From assembly GCA_964406605.1 (NCBI GenBank), contig CAYOSF010000010.1, positions 117,840 to 181,839 on the forward strand: 64,000 bases of DNA, given 5' to 3'. Shown here in pieces: positions 45,647 to 55,234 of this stretch. The number at the start of each line of letters is the position of its first letter. The first letter of the stretch is position 1. The notes beneath the pieces are model-generated. The model had not been told where the DNA came from, did no database searches, and saw only the letters and a list, made by a program, of their open reading frames with translations. Source of the DNA: an uncultured Dehalococcoidia bacterium. Lineage in GTDB: Bacteria; Chloroflexota; Dehalococcoidia; DSTF01; RBG-16-68-14. Position numbers and translations under genes: made by a program.

Positions 45647-46708
45647 ATGACACAGCCCCCAAAGGTGGCCGCCCGGCGCCGGTGGCCGATCAGTGCTTTC
45701 GTGTGGCTGGCCCTGCTCGTTGCGGTCAGCGCTTTGGTGTTCACCAACGTGGGCGAACTGCGGAAGATCGCCGGCGCACTCGCGGACGCACGCTGGCAGG
45801 CCGTCGTACTCGCTGCAGCTGTCGAATTGCTCTTTCTCGTGAACTTGGGCTTCTTCTATGCGAACACGTTTCGCGCAAGCGGCATCTCCGCCGGCGCGGG
45901 CCGCTACGTCCTCCTCTCCTCCGCTTCCAACTTCGTTAACCTGGTCTCCAAGACGGGGGGCCTCGGCGGCATCGCGCTCTTTCTTGAGGAGGGACGGCGC
46001 AGGCGCGAGCCGGCCGCGCGCGTCACCGCCGCTTACATGACGGTCTACGCGTTGGGCTACGGGGCGTACGTCCTGACGCTCGCCGTTGCGCTCGGATTGT
46101 TGTACTTGCGGGGCTCCCTCCAGCCCGTGGAGCTCGTCGCGTCGGGAATCATGCTGACGCTTATCATAGGCATCGCTGTTGGCGTAGCGATGAGTCTGCG
46201 AAACCGGGCGCTACTGGAGCGCCTCTTCATGGTGGCTTCACGCCCCCCCAATGTCCTCGCGCGGCTTCTGGGCCGCCGGCCGTTCGTTGAGCGACCCTCC
46301 GCCCGGCGTGCCGCCGCCGAGCTCTACGATGCCATCATGCATATCCGGCGCCGGCCTGGGAGGTTCGTCCTCCCGGCCGGGCATGCCCTTGCGGTGGAAC
46401 TGTTGAGCGCGTTCCTGCTGTACACGGTTGCCCGGGCCTTTCATGGGAACTTGGGCTTCGAGGCCGCGCTGGCCGCCTACGCCATCTCACTCCTCTTCTC
46501 CATGATCGCGATCACGCCATCGGGCCTTGGGTTCGTTGAGACGTCACTGAGCGTCCTCTTGATCTCGTTCGGCATGCCCAGACAAGACGCGATAGCCACG
46601 GCCCTTGGCTATCGCCTGTTCGAGTTTTGGCTCCCGGTCTTGCTCGGCGCGATCAGCCTTTGGTGGGTGCGTCGCGGCTTCGGCCGGTCGGAGGGCCCCA
46701 CGGCGTGA
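45647..46708 (+). CDS. Lysylphosphatidylglycerol-synthase-TM-region (flippase-like, UPF0104) membrane protein
   Basis: It has ~8 TM helices with Arg-rich loops, the family-typical architecture. It sits directly upstream of an MprF-like synthase gene and overlaps it. Confidence 0.7.
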   Translation: MTQPPKVAARRRWPISAFVWLALLVAVSALVFTNVGELRKIAGALADARWQAVVLAAAVELLFLVNLGFFYANTFRASGISAGAGRYVLLSSASNFVNLVSKTGGLGGIALFLEEGRRRREPAARVTAAYMTVYALGYGAYVLTLAVALGLLYLRGSLQPVELVASGIMLTLIIGIAVGVAMSLRNRALLERLFMVASRPPNVLARLLGRRPFVERPSARRAAAELYDAIMHIRRRPGRFVLPAGHALAVELLSAFLLYTVARAFHGNLGFEAALAAYAISLLFSMIAITPSGLGFVETSLSVLLISFGMPRQDAIATALGYRLFEFWLPVLLGAISLWWVRRGFGRSEGPTA

Positions 46709-48402
46709 GGCGGGCGCCCCGGCCCACCCTTGAACGCCACGCGATCGCCGTGGGAGCGGTGCTGCTCGCCACGTATGACGTCGTCCTCACCATGCTGCCG
46801 GCGCCGCTGGCCGGCGTGGGCCAGATCCGACACGTCGTGCCAAGGGATGCGGTCAATGGGAGCCGCTTCGTTCTCTTGGTGCTCGGGATGCTGCTGTTTC
46901 AGTCGGCACCCGGTCTCTGGCATGGGAAACGCTTCGCCTGGGCGATGGCGCTCGCGTGCTGCGCCGGATCCGCGTTTGCCCACCCGTTCAAGCACCTTGA
47001 CTTGTGGGGTACGAGCGCGAGCATGCTGTTGGCGGGCGTGCTAATCGGCGCCAGGGCGCAGTTTCCCGCGCGCAGCGACCCACCGACAGCGCTGCGCGGC
47101 GTGCTCACGCTGGTCGTGGGGCTCGCCGCCGTCTTCGTGTACAGCACGGCCGGCCTCTACCTTCTGGACCCGGACTTCCGGCACCCCGTGCCGCTGGGCT
47201 CGGCGCTCCGCGACAGCTTCACGCTGCTGTTCATTGTCCCCGCCGCCACGGCCGAGCCGGCTACTCACCACGGCGTCTGGTTCATCGACTCCGTCCGCGC
47301 CGGGGTTCTGCTCGTGCTGGCGCTCGGGTTGGCGCAGTTGCTGCGCCCGGTCATCGACCGAACGCGCATCCACCCCGCGGAGCGTGGGCGGGTCCGCAAG
47401 CTACTGGAGCGGTACGGTGACTCGTCCATCGCGTTCTTCGCGCTGTTGCCGGACAAGACCTACTTCTTCGCCGAACGGGGCGATGCGGTCCTGGCATTCA
47501 AAGCCGTTGGTGGAAACGCCGTCGTTATGGGCGACCCCATAGGAGACGAAGCAGCCCTCTCCAATCTTGTCGAGTCCTTTCAGGAGCACTGTGAGCTGAA
47601 CGGCTGGGCCGTGGCCTTCCATCAGGCGACGCCCAGGTACCTGGAGGAGTATCGCAGGCACAGGCTCGCTGCCTTGAAGATCGGGGAGGAAGGCACCGTG
47701 CGCGTCCAGGAATTCAGCCTGGCCGGCCACGCGATGAAACAGCTTCGTTCGCGGATGAACCACTTTGAGCGGGAAGGGTTTCAGGCCGAGGTCCTGGCGC
47801 CGCCCCATTCGCCCGCGCTGATCGTGGCCCTGCGTGAGATCTCGGATGAATGGCTCGCGCGGGGCGGCCATCGCGAACGGACATTCACGCTGGGCTACTT
47901 CGATGAAGCGCTCCTGCAAACATGCGAGATCATGGTTGCGAGAACGCCTGGCGGCTCGCCTGTCGGCTTCGCGAATATCATCCCTTCCTACCGATCGCGG
48001 ACGGCCAACTTCGACATGGTGCGCTATCGCCGGGAGCCGGGCGGCGTGGCGGACTTTCTCTACGTGTCCTTGATCCGTCATTTTCGGCGGCTGGGATACG
48101 CCGGGATGAACCTCGGGCTCGCGCCGTTCAGCGGGATCACCAAGGGCGGCGTTTCGTCGCCGGCGGAACGCGCGATGCGCCTCCTCTACGAGCGCGGTGA
48201 CTTCCTCTTTCGCTACAAAGGGCTGCGTGAGTTCAAAGAGAAGTTTGCGCCGGCCTGGGAGCCGCGCTACCTGGTCTACGGGAGCGATCTTCAGCTCCCG
48301 GGCATCGCGCTCGCCGTCGCACGGGCCGGCGAGCTGGGCGGCCGGGGACGGCACGGCGCCCCCTTGGCTACGCTCATAGCACGTGTTCGAGGGATGGGGT
48401 AA
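46705..48402 (+). CDS. mprF: MprF-like phosphatidylglycerol lysyltransferase (TM domain plus C-terminal DUF2156 synthase domain)
   Basis: The GTG at 46705 overlaps the upstream stop (GTGA). The N-terminal half is TM helices. The C-terminal half (..SIAFFALLPDKTYFF.. ..GLREFKEKFAPAWEPRYL..) is typical of the aminoacyl-PG synthase domain. Confidence 0.75.
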   Translation: MRRAPRPTLERHAIAVGAVLLATYDVVLTMLPAPLAGVGQIRHVVPRDAVNGSRFVLLVLGMLLFQSAPGLWHGKRFAWAMALACCAGSAFAHPFKHLDLWGTSASMLLAGVLIGARAQFPARSDPPTALRGVLTLVVGLAAVFVYSTAGLYLLDPDFRHPVPLGSALRDSFTLLFIVPAATAEPATHHGVWFIDSVRAGVLLVLALGLAQLLRPVIDRTRIHPAERGRVRKLLERYGDSSIAFFALLPDKTYFFAERGDAVLAFKAVGGNAVVMGDPIGDEAALSNLVESFQEHCELNGWAVAFHQATPRYLEEYRRHRLAALKIGEEGTVRVQEFSLAGHAMKQLRSRMNHFEREGFQAEVLAPPHSPALIVALREISDEWLARGGHRERTFTLGYFDEALLQTCEIMVARTPGGSPVGFANIIPSYRSRTANFDMVRYRREPGGVADFLYVSLIRHFRRLGYAGMNLGLAPFSGITKGGVSSPAERAMRLLYERGDFLFRYKGLREFKEKFAPAWEPRYLVYGSDLQLPGIALAVARAGELGGRGRHGAPLATLIARVRGMG

Positions 48403-49097
48403 TGGACGCGGCGATGTCAGCCCGGAGAGAGGGGCGCGCGAGAGCGGTACTCAGATCGCTGCCGTGTAGGTTCCGCAGCAGCATCACGATTACTGCTGCC
48501 GTCGTGGTGATTGGCATCTTGACCGGGACCGTCTTCCGAAGCAACCACCACTCGATCATTGGCGTCGTCGGACTGGACCTGCAGGCGCTGAAGGCCGGCC
48601 GGGTCTGGTTCATACCGGTGGCAACGCTGATTCCCGCGCAGCCCGGCATCAAGTGGCACCTGGCCCTTTTCGTCCTGGTCGCCGTTGGTTTGCTGGAATA
48701 TGTCGCAGGCAGCTTGCGCGCCGTCGTCACGTTCTTTCTCTCCGACTGGCTTGGCTCGCCGTTGACGATCTTGGCCCTCTGGGGGTTGGCGACGGCGGGT
48801 TCGTCCACGGCGGAGCGACTCGTTCACAACCCGGACACCGGCCCGTCGGCGGCGGCCTTCGGCGCATCGGTGGCCGCGGCTATCGTCCTTTCCCCGCCCT
48901 TGCGTTGGGTGGCTCTCATCGGGCTCTCGGCGTTCCTGTCGAGCGCGTTCGCCTTTCAGCAACTGGATGTCGCGCTGGCCCACGCGATTGCGGCCGCCGT
49001 GGGCGCTGGGCTGACCGTTCTCTGGCGTCTCTGGGCACGGTCGAAGACTGGCAGCAAACAGCGCGCTACCCGCAGCGAGTCGGAATTCCCCCGATAG
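48402..49097 (+). CDS. Rhomboid-like polytopic membrane protein, tentative
   Basis: A TAATG overlap links it to the mprF-like stop. It has 6 TM helices. GPSAAAFG (GxSxxxxG) and a late AHAIAAAVG segment resemble the rhomboid Ser/His helices. Confidence 0.45.
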   Translation: MDAAMSARREGRARAVLRSLPCRFRSSITITAAVVVIGILTGTVFRSNHHSIIGVVGLDLQALKAGRVWFIPVATLIPAQPGIKWHLALFVLVAVGLLEYVAGSLRAVVTFFLSDWLGSPLTILALWGLATAGSSTAERLVHNPDTGPSAAAFGASVAAAIVLSPPLRWVALIGLSAFLSSAFAFQQLDVALAHAIAAAVGAGLTVLWRLWARSKTGSKQRATRSESEFPR

Positions 49098-49406
49098 AAG
49101 TCTCGACAGTGCGCAGAGGTCGGGCCGGTCTCTCCCTGTGTCCCGGCGAACTCTTGTTCCCGCCTGCCTGAGCTCCAACGTGCCCGTGCTGCCCTCCAGC
49201 GCCCGCCGACGTCGCACATCCGCACCTGCACACACTTCCCAGTGAAGATACCGGCTGACGGCATGCGCCATTCGTGGAATGGTGTCCCGTCGTTCAGGAT
49301 CGCGCGAGCGGCCATCCTCCGGTGACTGCGCCGACCGCCGCTCATTGACGGCCCGCGTGACCCGGCTCGTGTACAATGTGCCATCACGTGGACAGGAGGC
49401 AGTGCC

Positions 49407-49877
49407 GTGCACCCAATCTACCCAGTGGATGAGCAGGGGAACATCAAGATCCGTCCCATCGGGTACGTGCGTTCGCCGATCCAACACGAGCAGACGGGCG
49501 GCTTCCTCGAGGTGGAGAGCGAGATTGTGCTGGAGCCTCAGTTCGAACCACTGCTCCATGGGATCGAGGACTTCTCACACCTGAACGTTCTTTACTGGCT
49601 CGCCGGGATCCACGCGTGCACGCCCGAACGTCGGCCTCAGGGGCGGGACGACGTGCCTGTGCTCGGCATCCTGGCGACGCGGTGACCCGACCGCCCCAAC
49701 CCGGTCGGGTTGAGCACGGTGCGACTGGCGTCCCGACGAGGCGCAACACTAGTTGTCAATGGTCTGGATGCTATCGACGGCAGTCCCGTTATTGACGTCA
49801 AGCCCTGGTATCCGCCCTACGACCGCCCCACGGAGGAACCCCAAGTTCCCGACTACGTCTATCGGCTCGCGTACTGA
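49407..49877 (+). pseudogene. trmO: TrmO (YaeB/UPF0066)-like tRNA methyltransferase interrupted by an in-frame TGA at 49683-49685
   Basis: Upstream of the TGA it reads ..IRPIGYVRSP..FSHLNVLYW..VLGILATR. The same frame downstream reads PDRPNPVGLSTVRL..LDAIDGSPVIDVKPWYPPYD... Together these give the complete TrmO motif set. Confidence 0.7.
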
Positions 49878-50066
49878 GGAAGGGCAGGGCCGCGGGAAGC
49901 CGGCGGCACGCATGCCGTCGGGGCCGGCGCCGCCTTTCCGCCGAGCGAGCCTAGGGCAGCGCCCGTGGCCGGCGTCGGTGCGCGCAGATTGGGCTAGGCG
50001 GACGATTGAACTATGCTATACTACCTATAGGCATTAGCCCACACTAATATCGAGGAGGAGGATGAC

Positions 50067-50396
50067 ATGGCAAGGATATTCGTCAGGCACCACGTGAGGG
50101 ACTTCGCCACCTGGAAGCCGATCTTTGACGAGCATGAGCCGACCCGGAGAGCGTACGGCATCACCGCTCATGAGCTCTACCAGGGGACGGACGATCCCAA
50201 TGACATAACCCTCGTGTTTGAGACGGGGGACCTGGAGCGGGCCAAGGCGTTTGCCGCGTCCGAAGACCTGCGGTCCGCGATGGAGCGAGCCGGGGTGGAT
50301 GGACCGCCGCAGGTCTGGTTCGTGGAGGACGTCGAGGAGAAGAAGTACTCGAAGTCCATGGCTGAGACGCCGGAGGGCGTCACTGCTTCGACCTAG
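50067..50396 (+). CDS. Small alpha+beta (ABM/Dabb-like) protein of unknown function
   Basis: The ATG follows GAGGAGGAGGA. It encodes 109 aa. An AT-rich patch lies upstream. Confidence 0.55.
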   Translation: MARIFVRHHVRDFATWKPIFDEHEPTRRAYGITAHELYQGTDDPNDITLVFETGDLERAKAFAASEDLRSAMERAGVDGPPQVWFVEDVEEKKYSKSMAETPEGVTAST

Positions 50397-50412
50397 GGCG
50401 CCGCTTGCCATA

Positions 50413-50454
50413 GCCATGGCCGCGGGCCGTGGAGCGGCAGAGCGCGGCCATGGC
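50413..50454 (+). terminator. Perfect 12-bp inverted repeat (hairpin) 17 nt downstream of the 50067..50396 stop
   Basis: gccatggccgcg (50413-50424) pairs with cgcggccatggc (50443-50454), with an 18-nt loop. Only a short T run follows, so the terminator role is tentative. Confidence 0.3.
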
Positions 50455-50690
50455 GCCGTGGTTTCCGGTGCCGTCGGGTGGAGGGGTACGGCGCTGTCAA
50501 GCTAGATCGTCGCTGGCGCCCGCGGCAAGCGACCGGGTGGATCGCCGTCGAGGGGAGAGCGCCGTTGAGGCGTCGACCGGGAAGCGGCGCGGAACATCCG
50601 AATGCCGCCGACGGCTCACGCCGTGCTGTAGAGGGTGGGGGCCCTTGGCTTGACGGCGCACACTCCGCCTAACAGATTGGGGACGGATTG

Positions 50691-51260
50691 ATGAACAGAT
50701 TGGAAGGTATCGAAAATCGAGGCAGTTCAGTCGTAGGCGATCACGGCGGGTCGACCAGCATCACCTCGCTGGCTGCTGACCTAGCTAGTCAAGATGGACG
50801 GGCGCGTGCGAATGCGCGGGGGTCTCTGGTCGCGATCGGTCGACCGGCCATCGCTCCCTTGACCGAAGCACTGGCAGACTCGAGGACACAGGTGAGGTGG
50901 GAGGCGGTCAAAATCCTAGGCGAGATGCTGGATCCGGCGGCAGCCCCAGCGCTGGTGGAAGCCCTGCGAGATGCCCAGTCCGGTGTCCGCTGGCTGGCCG
51001 CCGAGGGATTGATCGCCCTTGGGCCCAGCGGGTTGGAGCCGTTGCTGCAGGCGCTGGTCAAGCACTCTGATTCAGCATGGCTGCGGGAGGGTGCCCACCA
51101 CGTGCTCCGCGACCTGGCCAGGGGCAACCTTGAGAAGGTCGTCAGACCGGTCTTGACTGCGCTGGAGGACATCGAGCCGTCGCTGGAGGTGCCGTGGGCG
51201 GCAGAAGCCGCGCTGGATGCGATGGCAAAGGTCAGTCTGCGCGGCCGCGGGACACGATAG
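50691..51260 (+). CDS. HEAT-repeat (PBS-lyase-type) protein
   Basis: It shows repeated ..A.PAL.EAL.D....VRW.A...LG.. units. Confidence 0.75.
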   Translation: MNRLEGIENRGSSVVGDHGGSTSITSLAADLASQDGRARANARGSLVAIGRPAIAPLTEALADSRTQVRWEAVKILGEMLDPAAAPALVEALRDAQSGVRWLAAEGLIALGPSGLEPLLQALVKHSDSAWLREGAHHVLRDLARGNLEKVVRPVLTALEDIEPSLEVPWAAEAALDAMAKVSLRGRGTR

Positions 51261-51292
51261 GCACCCAGGGCCTGGACGGCGCCCTCGGGTCC

Positions 51293-51964
51293 TCAGCCGT
51301 AGACGCTCCAGTTGGACGCGTAGGCGTGCAGTCGAAGCTTGCGGGCCACCGCGAGCGACGCGCCGTTGTCCCAGGACGTGCTGTAGAGTGGGGTGCGGCC
51401 GGTCGCCCGGACCGCGAGCGCCCAGGCGGCGGTGACGCGCGGGGCAAGGCCGCGGCCGCGGAAGGGCTCCGCGGTCTCCAGACCGGCCTCGGCGGCCTCC
51501 CCGGAGCGGCGGGCGCAGAAGCACACGCTTGCAGCGTGACCGTCCTCGAGCACTGCGACCACCGGCGAGCAGCCGGGTATCTCCTCCTCGGTCCAGCCTC
51601 GGAAGTAGCGCTCGAGCGCCCGCATGTCGTCGACGAGGACGACCCGGCCGGGGTCCGGCAGGGCGTCGGGAAACGAAAAGGCGGGGCCCGACGAGACGCG
51701 GCCGCCGAGCAGCGACTCATAGCGTTCGGCGTGCACCGGCTGCTCGCGCAGGTCAGCCGCGGGCCGTTCGCTGCGGGCGAGAGCATTGATCTCCGCCGCG
51801 ATTCCGTCGGGCACGTCGGCGCGGACGGCCCAGACGCAGGCCGCGACGCTGCGTACGAGGCAGAAGAGCGGTGGCGAGTTCGGGCCGGGCTCTCGGGTCG
51901 CTGCGATGCGACCGCGCTCGTCGAGGGCGTACAGGGTGCGCAGATGGAGGTCGGGTGTCGTCAT
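51293..51964 (-). CDS. GNAT-family N-acetyltransferase
   Basis: The C-terminus ..FRGRGLAPRVTAAWALAV..PLYSTSWDNGASLAVARKLRL.. follows the GNAT acetyl-CoA-binding pattern. The start is uncertain, and the ORF extends to 52102. Confidence 0.6.
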   Translation of the reverse strand: MTTPDLHLRTLYALDERGRIAATREPGPNSPPLFCLVRSVAACVWAVRADVPDGIAAEINALARSERPAADLREQPVHAERYESLLGGRVSSGPAFSFPDALPDPGRVVLVDDMRALERYFRGWTEEEIPGCSPVVAVLEDGHAASVCFCARRSGEAAEAGLETAEPFRGRGLAPRVTAAWALAVRATGRTPLYSTSWDNGASLAVARKLRLHAYASNWSVYG

Positions 51965-52188
51965 CTGGTTGATGATAGGCTCGGTCTGCGTGAGCGTGCT
52001 AGCACGGGGGCTTCGCACCGCCAGCGCCGAACGTTCCACTGACTCGTGCGATCGGATCTCAAACAGCCGCTCCGAGTGTCCGTCGATCGACTTGACTCCC
52101 ACCGCCGGCGCTGGCGATCATGCATCACCAGGGCCGTATGGTCCTGGCGTTGTTCGAAGCCTCGCACAAGGAAACGCAGTCTTTTCCG

Positions 52189-53412
52189 ATGACCGACCTG
52201 TCGAGAGACGAAGCGCGGAGGATCGCGGTGGCGGCGCAAGGCTTTGCCGATCCAAGACCGGCTGGACGGGTAGATATCCGGCACCTCCGGCGGATTCTTC
52301 GGCGTGTCGGGCTGCTGCAGATCGACTCGGTGAATGTGCTGGTGCGGTCGCACTACTTGCCGCTCTTCTCACGGCTCGGTCCCTACCCTGTGTCCCTGCT
52401 CGACGACGCCGTTTACCGGCGCCGGGAGTTGTTCGAGACGTGGGCCCATGTGGCTTCGCTCGTGCCCGTCGAGGTCTACCCGCTGCTGCGATATCGAATG
52501 GACGGCGGGGTGCCGTGGAAGCGCCTGGGGCGGTGGGTGCAGGGGAACGGACGCTACATCGACGCGGTCCTTGACGAGGTACGGCGCAAGGGCCCGCTCT
52601 CACCCGCCGAGCTGGAAGATCCAGGCGGTCGTGCAGGTCCGTGGTGGGGCTGGTCCAAGGGCAAGAACGCGATGGAGTGGCACTTTCGGAAGGGGCGCGT
52701 GATGGTGCACGACAGACGCAACTTCGAGCGCGTCTACGACCTGACAGAGCGCATCCTGCCTCGGCGCGTGCTCGTCGGCGACGCGCTCGACGAGGCCAAG
52801 GCACAGCGCGCGCTCCTGCTGCTGGCGGCGCGGTCGTGCGGCGTCGGTATCGCGCGTGACCTCGCCGACTACTACCGTTTGCCGCTTCCACGCGCTCGCG
52901 AGCTGCTCCGCGAGCTGGCGAGCGCGGGAACGCTGCGCGAAGTGCGCGTCGAAGGCTGGCGGGAGCCGGCCTACATGCTCCCAGACGCCCGGCTGCCGCG
53001 TTCGGTCGCTGCGCACGCTCTGCTCTCGCCATTCGACTCCCTCATCTGGGAGCGCAGTCGCACCGAGCGGCTCTTCGCTTTCCACTACCGGATTGAGGTC
53101 TATCTACCGGAGAGGAAACGCCAGTACGGCTACTACGTGCTCCCCTACCTACTCGGAGATCGGTTGGCAGCGCGCGTCGATCTCAAGGCCGACCGTGCGA
53201 GGAGTCTCCTGCTCGTGAAAGGAGCGTTCGTCGAACGCGAAGAAGACCCGCCCGTCGTCGCCCGAGAACTCGCTACCGAGCTTCGGCTGATGGCAGAATG
53301 GCTCCGGCTCGAAGACGTGAGCGCGGCGCGACGAGGCAATCTGTCGGTGCAGCTTCGGGAGGCGCTGAGAAGGCCGAAAAGGCGCCGCCCGATGTCGCGC
53401 GAGAGCGGGTGA
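52189..53412 (+). CDS. YcaQ/AlkZ-like winged-helix DNA glycosylase family protein
   Basis: ..ARRIAVAAQGF.. and ..VGLLQIDSVNVLVRSHYLPLFSRLGPY.. are hallmark N-terminal motifs of this family. Confidence 0.8.
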   Translation: MTDLSRDEARRIAVAAQGFADPRPAGRVDIRHLRRILRRVGLLQIDSVNVLVRSHYLPLFSRLGPYPVSLLDDAVYRRRELFETWAHVASLVPVEVYPLLRYRMDGGVPWKRLGRWVQGNGRYIDAVLDEVRRKGPLSPAELEDPGGRAGPWWGWSKGKNAMEWHFRKGRVMVHDRRNFERVYDLTERILPRRVLVGDALDEAKAQRALLLLAARSCGVGIARDLADYYRLPLPRARELLRELASAGTLREVRVEGWREPAYMLPDARLPRSVAAHALLSPFDSLIWERSRTERLFAFHYRIEVYLPERKRQYGYYVLPYLLGDRLAARVDLKADRARSLLLVKGAFVEREEDPPVVARELATELRLMAEWLRLEDVSAARRGNLSVQLREALRRPKRRRPMSRESG

Positions 53413-53658
53413 CGCGTTCGCATGGCCGACCGGCTCGCCGATAGCGACCCGCGCCCGGTCAAGCCCACGTCGCACAATCGCACTTGGCCGGCAACTCGCG
53501 CGATGCGCCCGCAGGGTCATCGCCGCATGAGCGATGTGCCGCGGTGGTTCGCCGTATCCGCGGCCGGCCGGCGGAAGCCGGCGGCCCGGTTGCACGCCGA
53601 CGCGCGCCGTGCTAGCTTGCGGCCACGAAGGCACGAGAGCAGCGAAAGCGGAGGCTGC

Positions 53659-55053
53659 ATGCTCACGCGACTTACCCCTCCAGGACTTGGTGTTCTTCTC
53701 GCAGCGCTCGTCGTGGGGACAGCCCTGCTGTGGCCGGCCGCCGATTCGGGCTGGGCGTCGGGCCCAATCGTGTCGGTGACGGCCGGAGGCGAGCATACGT
53801 GCGCTCTGACTTTGGCGGGTCGGGTGAAGTGCTGGGGTGACAACTTCCGCGGCCAATTGGGGGACGGGACGTCCACTGACCGCAGCGTGCCCGTGGATGT
53901 GGTGGGTCTTGGAAGCGGGGTTGCTGGCGTCACTGCGGGGCAGCAACACACCTGCGCCTGGATGCCGTCGGGCACGGCGGGGTGTTGGGGATCGAACACC
54001 TACGGCCAGTTGGGAGATGGGTCAGGTGCGCCCCAGCAGTTCACGCCGTCGACCGTGGTGGGTCTGACAAACGCGGCGGCATTGAGCGCGGGGTCTGACC
54101 ACACCTGCGCTCTGACGAACGCCGGAGGCGTGAAGTGCTGGGGGCGGAACGATTTCGGTCAAGTGGGCGATGGAACCACGACGCATCGTCCCACGCCCGT
54201 AGGCGTGACCGGGCTGGGCAGCGGCGTCGCCGCTGTCGCGGCCGGCGGCAACCATACGTGCGCCCTGACGACGGCGGGGGGCGTCAAGTGCTGGGGTCGC
54301 AACAACCAGGGCCAGCTCGGAGACGGTACGACGATTGACCGAACGACGCCGGTCAACGTGGTTGGGTTGACGAGTGGCGTCGCCGCCATCGCTCCCGGGT
54401 TTCTCCATACCTGTGCGCTCACGACGGGCGGTGACGTGAAGTGCTGGGGGCGGAACGACCACGGCCAGCTCGGGGACGGCACCGGGACCCCCCGACCGAC
54501 ACCGGTCAGCGTGCTTGGCCTGCCGGCGGGCACGACTGCCGTGGCCTCCGGCGGCAGCCACACGTGCGCCGTCACCGCCGGCAGCCGCGTTCGATGCTGG
54601 GGTTGGAACGGGTTCGGGCAGCTTGGGGACGGCACGACGGTGAGCCAGAACAGAGCGGTAGGCGTGTGCGCCGACGCGACGTGCGCCGGCCCCCTAGAGG
54701 ACGTAGCCAGCGTCGATGCCGGTTACACGCACACTTGTGCCGTGACCATGGAGACCGGGACCAGATGCTGGGGGAGCAACGGCAACGGCCAGCTGGGGGA
54801 CAGCACCACGATCGATCGGCGCGCACCGGTGCACGTCCTACTCGCCAAGGCTGTGCGTATTGGGGACGTGAACTGTGATGGAGCCATCAATAGCGTGGAC
54901 GCGGCACTCGTCCTGCAGTTGGTGGCCGGCCTCGTCCCATCCCTGCCCTGCCAGATTGCCGGGGATGCCGACCTGGACGATTCCGTCAACTCAATCGACG
55001 CGGCGCTCATCCTGCAGTTCACCGCGGGCCTCATCGGTCACCTGCCGCCGTAG
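53659..55053 (+). CDS. Secreted RCC1-repeat (7 blades) protein with a C-terminal dockerin-like module
   Basis: A signal peptide is present. There are seven ..HTCA....G.VKCWG.N..GQLGDGT.. units. The C-terminus reads [53 protein letters not shown]. Confidence 0.85.
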   Translation: MLTRLTPPGLGVLLAALVVGTALLWPAADSGWASGPIVSVTAGGEHTCALTLAGRVKCWGDNFRGQLGDGTSTDRSVPVDVVGLGSGVAGVTAGQQHTCAWMPSGTAGCWGSNTYGQLGDGSGAPQQFTPSTVVGLTNAAALSAGSDHTCALTNAGGVKCWGRNDFGQVGDGTTTHRPTPVGVTGLGSGVAAVAAGGNHTCALTTAGGVKCWGRNNQGQLGDGTTIDRTTPVNVVGLTSGVAAIAPGFLHTCALTTGGDVKCWGRNDHGQLGDGTGTPRPTPVSVLGLPAGTTAVASGGSHTCAVTAGSRVRCWGWNGFGQLGDGTTVSQNRAVGVCADATCAGPLEDVASVDAGYTHTCAVTMETGTRCWGSNGNGQLGDSTTIDRRAPVHVLLAKAVRIGDVNCDGAINSVDAALVLQLVAGLVPSLPCQIAGDADLDDSVNSIDAALILQFTAGLIGHLPP

Positions 55054-55234
55054 CGGGCGAAAGCCGACCGCCAAGATCGCACGATCGCACGTGCCCGCGG
55101 GTGCCTGAGGACTGGCTTCTGGCCCAGCGTCTCGTTCGCGAGCAGCGGGCCGGCAATACCAGCCCCTGGCGCCGCGCGTCGTCCTCCTTCGCCTTTAGCC
55201 TGTAGGGCCCGATCAGGTACGCTGTGCCAACGTG

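Noticed and set aside
49686-49709. The hairpin after the TGA as a bacterial SECIS element.
   Set aside because: I cannot assert this. The stem starts at +1 rather than the usual ~+11. The palindrome may simply reflect the conserved PDRPNPVG codons. No sel genes are in the window. I keep it as an open question in the findings.
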